IMG/VR virus record: IMGVR_UViG_3300027736_000021
DNA from: a virus
Direction: 5' to 3' (one strand)
Length of the DNA stretch: 64,000 nt
This document shows positions 39,764 to 46,998 of the stretch, one piece after another. Made by a program: the position numbers and the translations under genes. Under the pieces are notes generated by a model, which did no database searches, had not been told where the DNA came from, and saw only the letters and a list, made by a program, of their open reading frames with translations. The stretch's first letter is position 1. Every line of letters begins with the position of its first letter.

Positions 39764-41113
39764 ATGCCTTTATTTGGTACTCGTGGTGCAGCATCCGTAA
39801 CAGGCTTTGGCGGACTAGCCAAGCTTGGTTACCTGCTTCGTAATTCTTTAAGGTTTCGTGCTAGTGCCTCTGCTACTTTAAGCAGAACTCCAGCTAGTGC
39901 AACTAATCGTAGAACTTGGACATTTAGTGCTTGGGTAAAAAGAGGAAAATTAACATCAAACAATACAATTCTTAATGCTGGCTATCCAACTGTTTCTTGG
40001 TTTGCTTTTATCTTTGGTAGTGATGATACATTGCAAATTGCTCAAACTGCTGGTTCATCTGCTGGCTGGAAAACTGCGGCTCTTTTTCGTGACCCATCCG
40101 CTTGGTATCATGTAATTTGCGTAGTAGATACAACTTCTTCAACATCAACAATGAATGGAAGTTCTACCGATAGAATGCGTTTGTATGTAAATGGAGTTCA
40201 GTATGTGATGACTAGTGGAACAATTCCATCGCAAAACTCAGATTTACAAGTAAACAATACAATTTCACATACTATTGGTGGATATAGCAGTGAATACTAC
40301 GATGGAGAAATTGCTGAAGTTAATTTTATTGACGGAATAGCTCTTACTCCATCTTCATTTGGTAAAACTGATCCAGTAACAGGCCAATGGATTCCAATTA
40401 AATATACTGGTACTTATGGCACCAATGGATTCTATTTAAACTTTACTGATGCTTCAGCTGCAACAGCGGCTGCAATTGGTAAAGATTCTTCTGGTAACGG
40501 AAATAACTGGACACCAAACAATATTTCTGTAACTGCTGGCACTACTTACGATTCAATGACTGATGTTCCAACGCTGACTAGCGCAACTGCGGCGAACTAC
40601 CCTGTGTTAAGCCCATTGATGGGAAATGGAGCTACATTATCTAATGGAAATTTATCGATTTCTGGAGGTGATGACAATGCTTGCACAATGGCTTGTCCAC
40701 CAAGCGGCAAATGGTATGCGGAATTCTTTTACACCAATGCTTCAAATTCTTGCCATTTTGGAATTTATGACAATTCAAAATCTCCAATATCACTTAATAA
40801 TTCAATTTTGTATGTAAATAATGGTCAAGTTTATATAAATAATTCGCTTCAAACAACATGGGCTTCTTACTCTAGCGGTGATACTGTCGCTATTGCAATA
40901 GACATCACTGGCAACACAATTTATTTTTACAAAAATAATACTTTGCAAGGTTCTTACAACTTTGTTAGTGCTGCAGGTATTTCAACAAGTAATGTTATTT
41001 ACGGAGTTCGCTGTAATTCTGGTGTTACTGCCAGTGTAAACTTTGGCCAAAGACCTTTTGCCTACACTCCACCGTCTGGCTTCAAAGCTCTCAACACTTA
41101 TAACTTACCATAA
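39764..41113 (+). CDS. LamG/concanavalin-like plus SPRY-like receptor-binding protein
   Basis: SLRF, RRTWTFSAWVKRG, FRDPSAWYH, FIDG.AL.P..FG, YGTNGF.L.F, SGKWY.E, NFGQRPF. Confidence 0.78.
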   Translation: MPLFGTRGAASVTGFGGLAKLGYLLRNSLRFRASASATLSRTPASATNRRTWTFSAWVKRGKLTSNNTILNAGYPTVSWFAFIFGSDDTLQIAQTAGSSAGWKTAALFRDPSAWYHVICVVDTTSSTSTMNGSSTDRMRLYVNGVQYVMTSGTIPSQNSDLQVNNTISHTIGGYSSEYYDGEIAEVNFIDGIALTPSSFGKTDPVTGQWIPIKYTGTYGTNGFYLNFTDASAATAAAIGKDSSGNGNNWTPNNISVTAGTTYDSMTDVPTLTSATAANYPVLSPLMGNGATLSNGNLSISGGDDNACTMACPPSGKWYAEFFYTNASNSCHFGIYDNSKSPISLNNSILYVNNGQVYINNSLQTTWASYSSGDTVAIAIDITGNTIYFYKNNTLQGSYNFVSAAGISTSNVIYGVRCNSGVTASVNFGQRPFAYTPPSGFKALNTYNLP

Positions 41114-41115
41114 CT

Positions 41116-42141
41116 ATGCCAGTCATTAATAAACCAAATCAACATTTTGATGTTAACCTATGGACAGGTACAGGTTCTGCTGGTCAAGTGCAAACCAATA
41201 GTGGTTCAATGCAACCTGATTTTGTTTGGATTAAAAATAGAAGTAGTACCGGTGGACATTGGTGGTCAGATTCGGTTCGTGGAGCTGCAAATTATATTTC
41301 TTCTCAAAATACTGATGCAGAAGCTAGCAGTCCAGTAGGTCTTACTTCTTTTAATTCAAATGGTTTTACAGTTGGTTCAGATTCTTGGACTGGAGGCAAC
41401 GGTGCCACTTATGTTGGTTGGCAATGGAAAGCAGGCGGCACAGCAGTAACTAATACTTCAGGTACAATTACATCACAAGTGTCTGCAAATCCAACGGCAG
41501 GATTTAGTATTGTTACTTATACAGGCACAGGTAGTAACGCTACAGTAGGTCATGGTTTAGGTGTTGCACCATCAATGTATATTGTTAAGCGCAGAAGTAA
41601 TACTGGCAATTGGTATGTTTATCACATTTCAATTGGAAATACAAATAGACTAAGGCTTGATGAAACAAGCGCATCAACTGCTGAAAGTGCTGCATGGAAC
41701 AATACATCACCAACATCAACTGTATTTAGTATTGGAACTTCTGTAGATGTTAACGCCAGCACTAATACTTATGTAGCCTACTGCTTTGCACCTGTCGCTG
41801 GATACTCTGCATTTGGCAGCTATACGGGTAACGGCTCGACTGATGGTCCTTTTGTTTATCTAGGATTTAGGCCTAAATGTTTTATTGTAAAACGCACCGA
41901 CACTGCTGGATTACAATGGGAAATATTTGATTCTGCTCGTTTTACAATTAATGGAATGGATAATCCAACTTTGTATCCAAATGCAAATACCGCAGAAGCA
42001 AGTAATGCAGAAAACTATGGCGATTTTTTAAGTAACGGATTTAAACTACGTTATACAAACGGCAACTTTAATGCAAACGGTGGAACATATGTCTATGCCG
42101 CATTTGCTGAGAGCCCCTTCAAATTCGCTAACGCCCGCTGA
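41116..42141 (+). CDS. Beta-rich virion protein, apparent detached C-terminal half of the preceding lectin-like protein
   Basis: QPDFVWIKNR, YVGWQWKAG, GFSIVTYTG, GHGLG..P, FGSY.GNG..DGPF...GFRP, AFAE.PFK. Confidence 0.72.
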   Translation: MPVINKPNQHFDVNLWTGTGSAGQVQTNSGSMQPDFVWIKNRSSTGGHWWSDSVRGAANYISSQNTDAEASSPVGLTSFNSNGFTVGSDSWTGGNGATYVGWQWKAGGTAVTNTSGTITSQVSANPTAGFSIVTYTGTGSNATVGHGLGVAPSMYIVKRRSNTGNWYVYHISIGNTNRLRLDETSASTAESAAWNNTSPTSTVFSIGTSVDVNASTNTYVAYCFAPVAGYSAFGSYTGNGSTDGPFVYLGFRPKCFIVKRTDTAGLQWEIFDSARFTINGMDNPTLYPNANTAEASNAENYGDFLSNGFKLRYTNGNFNANGGTYVYAAFAESPFKFANAR

Positions 42142-42149
42142 TATAAATA
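42142..42149 (+). promoter_or_regulatory. T4 late promoter TATAAATA
   Basis: Exact match upstream of 42173. Confidence 0.8.
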
Positions 42150-42172
42150 AAAGAATAAACTAAGAGAGAATT

Positions 42173-43534
42173 ATGGCTGGAAAAATAATCGTTTCAACAT
42201 TACAATCTGATACCGATAACAGTATTTCGTTTGTCGCAAATACTGGTGCAACCATATTCTCTGCGAATATATCACATGGTATTGCAGGTTCATTTATTGC
42301 CAATGGTTCAATTACTGGTGCTAAGATTGCTTTAGGTACTATTACGGGTGATGATATTGCCACTGGACAAATCACTGGTAATTTACTCACAGCTAATTGT
42401 GTATCAGGAAATAATATTGTAGCTAATACTATATCTAATACTTCAATTCAAACTGGTGCAGTTGAGAATTATATGACAGCTCAAGGTTTAGATTTTGGTA
42501 TGCGGAATAGAATTATTAACGGTACCATGGTGATTGACCAGCGTAATGCTGGCGCAAATACTATTATTTCTTCAAATGCGCCATATACAGTTGACCGTTG
42601 GAGAGCACAAATTTCTCAGCATAACGGAACAATGAATGTTCGCCAAGATTCAACTTCAACCGTTGGATTTACCAAATCATTACGAGCAATTGTAACAACT
42701 GCAAATACATCTTTACCTGCTACTTCAGTAACTAGAGTTTGGACAAATATTGAAGGACTGAATGTTGCTGATTTAGGATTTGGAACAGCTAATGCTAAGC
42801 CAGTTACTCTATCATTTTTTGTTCGGTCAAGTAATACAGGAACATTTAGTGGTGCATTAACAAATTATGACGAAAATCGTTCTTATCCTTTTGAATATAC
42901 TATTAATACAGTTAATACATTTGAGAAGAAAACTATCACAATACCTGGTGACACTTCAGGCAATTGGTCAAGTAACACAGAAGGTTCATTTGCATTAAAC
43001 TTTAGTTTAGGTACAGGAACAACTAATCTTGGTACCGCAAATGCTTGGACAGGTTCTTGGAAAGTTGGCACAACCGGAAGTTTCTCGTTAGCAGGTGTTT
43101 TGAATGCTACTTGGTATTTAACTGGAGTCCAATTGGAAGAAGGCTCTGTTCCAACTTCTTTTGAATATCGCCAACACACTACTGAATTGGCTTTGTGTCA
43201 GAGGTATTACTATAAAATTAAATCTCTTGGAACTGGTTACGACTACGCTCTTGGTTATGCAGTAAGTTCGACTGTTTATAGGGACTTTACTCCATTTCCA
43301 GTAACTATGAGGACTAATCCAACTTCTTTAGAACAAACTGGAACAGCATCAGATTATTCAGTTCGTGCGCCAGCATCAACAGTTACTTGTTCAGCAGTTC
43401 CTTTTTATTATGGTGGTATAACCAACGGTGCAGTAACAGAATATACAGTAGCATCAGGTCTTACTACTGGTCAAGGTTCAAGTTCAAGATTTCCTAATGT
43501 AAACGGCTATGTTGCATGGAGTGCAGAACTATGA
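42173..43534 (+). CDS. Tail fibre/receptor-binding protein (RNRIING..QR domain)
   Basis: Third paralogue; ends WSAEL. Confidence 0.75.
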   Translation: MAGKIIVSTLQSDTDNSISFVANTGATIFSANISHGIAGSFIANGSITGAKIALGTITGDDIATGQITGNLLTANCVSGNNIVANTISNTSIQTGAVENYMTAQGLDFGMRNRIINGTMVIDQRNAGANTIISSNAPYTVDRWRAQISQHNGTMNVRQDSTSTVGFTKSLRAIVTTANTSLPATSVTRVWTNIEGLNVADLGFGTANAKPVTLSFFVRSSNTGTFSGALTNYDENRSYPFEYTINTVNTFEKKTITIPGDTSGNWSSNTEGSFALNFSLGTGTTNLGTANAWTGSWKVGTTGSFSLAGVLNATWYLTGVQLEEGSVPTSFEYRQHTTELALCQRYYYKIKSLGTGYDYALGYAVSSTVYRDFTPFPVTMRTNPTSLEQTGTASDYSVRAPASTVTCSAVPFYYGGITNGAVTEYTVASGLTTGQGSSSRFPNVNGYVAWSAEL

Positions 43535-43734
43535 TTTATAAATTACTCACAATAACCGAAGATGGTTTTAAAATACTTGCTCGAATAGATGACGATGGTT
43601 TATGTCGTTTAACTTGCACAGCACAAAATCCTGAGTTTCAAACACACATCAAAGCTGGTGCAGAACTGCAAGATGCCGATGGGAATGTGATGACACAAGC
43701 TGAAGCTGATGCGTTCATTGGAACACTTCCATAA
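43531..43734 (+). CDS. Small fibre-associated chaperone-like protein
   Basis: ATGA overlap; C-terminus AGAELQDADGNVMT shared with 38259. Confidence 0.7.
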   Translation: MIYKLLTITEDGFKILARIDDDGLCRLTCTAQNPEFQTHIKAGAELQDADGNVMTQAEADAFIGTLP

Positions 43735-43757
43735 TTAACCAGAATAAATAGACCAAT

Positions 43758-44096
43758 ATGCCAATCTCTCGCATCAATAATAATTCTATTGCCAATAATA
43801 CCATTGTTGCATCCGACTTAGCCGCTGGTTCTGTTACTGGTGATAAACTCGGTTTGACCGCAATCAATGCTAATAATGTGGTTGATGCTTCAATTACCGC
43901 TGCTAAATTAGCTGCAGGTGCAGGTGGTCAGTTTCTTGATAATCAAGCTGTTCATGTAGTGTATTTTAATGGCCAAAATCTTACATCAAATATTTCTGTG
44001 TCAGCAAATCAAAATGCGTTTACAGCGGGACCATTTACTATTGATGCTCCATATCAAGTAACATTGAACGCTGGTTCTACTTGGGTAATTCTATAA
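43758..44096 (+). CDS. Fibre adaptor protein
   Basis: MPISRI start; C-terminal NAFTAGP...STWVIL like 38514. Confidence 0.68.
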   Translation: MPISRINNNSIANNTIVASDLAAGSVTGDKLGLTAINANNVVDASITAAKLAAGAGGQFLDNQAVHVVYFNGQNLTSNISVSANQNAFTAGPFTIDAPYQVTLNAGSTWVIL

Positions 44097-44647
44097 TGGC
44101 AAATTTAAAATTAAAAAATCCTGCTGGCGGTTCATTAAACTTTGTAAGTGCTGATGGTGCTTCAGATTTAACAGTTACATTTCCAGCAAGAACTGGTACT
44201 GCAATGGTTAGTGGCAATATGCCAGCGTTTCACGCTTGGAATAACAGCTCTTTTTCTTCGGTTGGAACAACAAATACAAAAATGGTTTTTGATTCTGTCG
44301 ATTCTAGTGGCGGTGGTTTTGATACAAACAATAATTACAGCACGGCAAATTCAAGATTTACACCTACTGTTGCTGGATACTATCAAATAGGTGGTTCGAT
44401 TTGGGTAAATTCTCCGTCTAGTAACACTATTTTAACTCTGTATAAAAATGGTGGTGCGTTTAAAGAATTAAATCGTTTAAATTATTCAACTGGTGCATTG
44501 GGCATGAATGGTTCTGTTTTAGTATATGCAAATGGAACAACTGATTATTTTGAACTTTATTCATATACAACTAATACAACAACAATAGGCGGAACTGGAA
44601 ACAATGCTTATTTGTGGTTTTATGGTTCTATGATTCGGAGTGCATAA
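44096..44647 (+). CDS. Short fibre with a C1q/TNF-like tip
   Basis: GNMPAFHAW...FDT...RFTPTVAGYYQ...YANGTTDYFE; start at TAATG. Confidence 0.72.
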   Translation: MANLKLKNPAGGSLNFVSADGASDLTVTFPARTGTAMVSGNMPAFHAWNNSSFSSVGTTNTKMVFDSVDSSGGGFDTNNNYSTANSRFTPTVAGYYQIGGSIWVNSPSSNTILTLYKNGGAFKELNRLNYSTGALGMNGSVLVYANGTTDYFELYSYTTNTTTIGGTGNNAYLWFYGSMIRSA

Positions 44648-44829
44648 TGACTTTATATGAAAAAATTATTGCAATTTATCCTGATTTAACTGAATCAGAT
44701 TTTTTGCCGTTTACAGGCACAATCCAATTACAAAACGATTCAGACGGCAAAGGCGATTACATTGCCAAATGGGAACACCCTACTTTAACTAGACCAACAC
44801 AAATCCAACTTGATGGGGTAACAGAATAA
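44647..44829 (+). CDS. XkdW-like small chaperone
   Basis: MTLYEKI...LQNDSDGKGDYIAKWEHPTL.RPT. Confidence 0.7.
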   Translation: MTLYEKIIAIYPDLTESDFLPFTGTIQLQNDSDGKGDYIAKWEHPTLTRPTQIQLDGVTE

Positions 44830-45335
44830 TGCCATTAATTTTAGATGGAAACGGAGATATAACAGGATTAGTTGCGGGTGCATTGCCATCAACTGTGATT
44901 GGTGCTGGAGGTGTGTTGCAAGTGGTTTATGGTTCAACCACAACTCAAGTAGAGGCATCTTATAGCTCAGCAACGGATTTAGGATTATCGGCAAGCATTA
45001 CTCCTACATCTTCTTCTAGCAAAATTCTTGTTTTAGTTTCAGCAAACGGATTAGGGACAAGAAATAATGCAACATATTGGGATGGATATTTGATAAGAGG
45101 CTCTACAAATATTGGTGCTTTTTGTAATTACATGACTTCTTATACAGGCGGTCAAATCACATTTAGTGCTGGCAGTTTATGTGTTTTAGATTCTCCAGCA
45201 ACAACTTCTTCTACAACTTATAAATTGCAAGGAATTAGAAGAACTGGTTCAGATAATTGTATTTTTAATATAACAACTGGAAATGCTGGAACTGGAACTG
45301 TATCAACAATTACTTTGCTGGAGATTGCGGCATGA
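44829..45335 (+). CDS. Short fibre/tip protein
   Basis: G.VLQVV...LSASITPTSSSSKILV...LDSPATTS..TYKLQ...STITLLEIAA. Confidence 0.7.
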   Translation: MPLILDGNGDITGLVAGALPSTVIGAGGVLQVVYGSTTTQVEASYSSATDLGLSASITPTSSSSKILVLVSANGLGTRNNATYWDGYLIRGSTNIGAFCNYMTSYTGGQITFSAGSLCVLDSPATTSSTTYKLQGIRRTGSDNCIFNITTGNAGTGTVSTITLLEIAA

Positions 45336-45607
45336 TTGATAACAACACAGCTATATTCAAACTATATCCGCAAGTCGATATGATTCGTGGCGATGTTGCT
45401 TACGATGCTAATAACAATGTTGTAGTGTATGATACTGAAGCTGTTCAGGCCTATGTAGATGCTCACGCATATATTGCCAAGCGTCAAGCAGAATACCCAA
45501 ACCTACTGGACTATATTGATGGTGTTGTGAAAGGTGACCAAGCACAAATTGATGCCTATATTGCAGCCTGCCAGGCCGTTAAGACTAAATATCCAAAACC
45601 AGAGTAA
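45332..45607 (+). CDS. Small tail-fibre assembly-like protein
   Basis: Y..KR..EYP...Y.D.....CQAVK.KYPKP. Confidence 0.7.
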   Translation: MIDNNTAIFKLYPQVDMIRGDVAYDANNNVVVYDTEAVQAYVDAHAYIAKRQAEYPNLLDYIDGVVKGDQAQIDAYIAACQAVKTKYPKPE

Positions 45608-45610
45608 ACT

Positions 45611-46129
45611 ATGAGCGTCTTAAAATTAAATCAAATACAAACAGCTAGTGGCGTCATTATGGCTAACCTTAATTCCAGCGGAGCAAATGTTGGAATTCAA
45701 TTAGCATCCAATTTAGCACCAGCGTTTAGTGCTTATCAATCTTCCGCACAAAGCGTTTCTGGTGGCGCTTGGACAAAAATACAATTCCAAACAGAAGATT
45801 TCGATACAGCTAGTTGTTTTGATAGTTCAACTAACTACAGATTTACACCTAATGTTGCTGGTTATTATCAAGTAACTGGGAGAATCAGACCAAATTCAAC
45901 TAACGGAGAAGCGGAGATAGGAATTTATAAAAACGGCTCTGCTTGGTTTCATGGTTCAAATGTTAATGTCAGTTCAGGAAATCAATGGGGTGTTCTTGGT
46001 ACTGGATTGCTTTATATGAACGGATCAACAGATTATGTTGAAATATATCTTTATGTAACCAATTCTTGCACAGTAAGCACCTCACGACAGAACACATATT
46101 TTCAAGCATTCTTAGCAAGGACTGCATAA
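45611..46129 (+). CDS. Short fibre with a C1q/TNF-like tip
   Basis: PAFSAY...FDT...RFTPNVAGYYQV...YMNGSTDYVE. Confidence 0.72.
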   Translation: MSVLKLNQIQTASGVIMANLNSSGANVGIQLASNLAPAFSAYQSSAQSVSGGAWTKIQFQTEDFDTASCFDSSTNYRFTPNVAGYYQVTGRIRPNSTNGEAEIGIYKNGSAWFHGSNVNVSSGNQWGVLGTGLLYMNGSTDYVEIYLYVTNSCTVSTSRQNTYFQAFLARTA

Positions 46130-46305
46130 TGACTTTATACGAAAAGATTATTCAGCTATATCCTGAATTAGCAACATATAATTTTGCTCATGGCGATATC
46201 ACACTACAAAACGATTCAGATGGCAAAGGTGACTATATCAAGTCTTGGAATCACCCAACATTAACACAACCAACTCAGTCGCAGTTGGACGCTATTACAG
46301 AATAA
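46129..46305 (+). CDS. XkdW-like small chaperone
   Basis: MTLYEKI..LYPEL...ITLQNDSDGKGDYI..W.HPTL..PT. Confidence 0.7.
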   Translation: MTLYEKIIQLYPELATYNFAHGDITLQNDSDGKGDYIKSWNHPTLTQPTQSQLDAITE

Positions 46306-46324
46306 CTGATACCAGTTTAACAAC

Positions 46325-46352
46325 AAAACCCTCACTTGTTGAGGGTTTTTTT
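46325..46352 (+). terminator. Rho-independent terminator
   Basis: AAAACCCTCA-CTTGT-TGAGGGTTTT plus further Ts. Confidence 0.88.
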
Positions 46353-46417
46353 ATTACCGTCAATACCCAATTAGACTAAATAGAGAGTAAATCTAGTCAA
46401 ATTCAAGGAGAACTAAA

Positions 46418-46750
46418 ATCGCTGCTTTCACGGAAATCCTCATCGAGCAGGGTGCAACTTTTTCCACCACAGTTAATGTAGAAGATACAGCTGGAGCTGC
46501 TATCAATCTGTTTGGTTACTCTGCTTCATCTCAAATGCGTAAATCATATTACGCAACATCAAATACAATAATTACTTCAACCATTACTGGTAATGCTAAT
46601 GGTGAAATTACTCTTTCTATGACGGCAGCAAATACTGCCAATTTGACACCTGGTCGATCCGTTTTCGACCTTCTAATCACCTCACCAACTGGAGTAAAAA
46701 CTCGTGTGATTGAAGGAGTTATTGTGATATCGCCAGGAGTTACAAGATAA
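46418..46750 (+). CDS. Virion adaptor protein with an apparent ATC start
   Basis: (M)AAFTEILIEQGATFS...NLFGYSASSQMRKSYY...TRVIEG...PGVTR; AAGGAG 7 nt before ATC; in-frame TAG at 46394. Confidence 0.75.
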   Translation: MAAFTEILIEQGATFSTTVNVEDTAGAAINLFGYSASSQMRKSYYATSNTIITSTITGNANGEITLSMTAANTANLTPGRSVFDLLITSPTGVKTRVIEGVIVISPGVTR

Positions 46751-46998
46751 TGGCAGTTAATGCAAGAGTAAACACAACTGGTAACATAGGACAAGTTAAG
46801 TTAACACAACAAACTCGGTCAACGATTGCTGCTCAAAACTTTGCTCCTAAGCCAAATGTAGCATTAACTGAGTTAACAGATATGAATATTGCATCTGTTC
46901 AAGACAAGCAAGTAATTCAATTCAATTCTGCAACAGGTAAATTTGAAGCCAATACTGTTACTGCTACGGTTGTTGCAGTTAATGGTGGCTCGTTTTAA
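46750..46998 (+). CDS. Small fibre linker protein
   Basis: LTELTD repeat unit; ends NGGSF. Confidence 0.65.
   Translation: MAVNARVNTTGNIGQVKLTQQTRSTIAAQNFAPKPNVALTELTDMNIASVQDKQVIQFNSATGKFEANTVTATVVAVNGGSF

Noticed and set aside
17210-41116. Stop-codon reassignment explaining the split genes
   Set aside because: Core genes are full length under the standard code, and the downstream parts have their own ATG starts rather than continuing through a recoded stop
34157-46305. Diversity-generating retroelement or invertible shufflon acting on fibre tips
   Set aside because: No reverse transcriptase or invertase in the window; repeats are direct, coding and show no adenine-specific mismatch pattern
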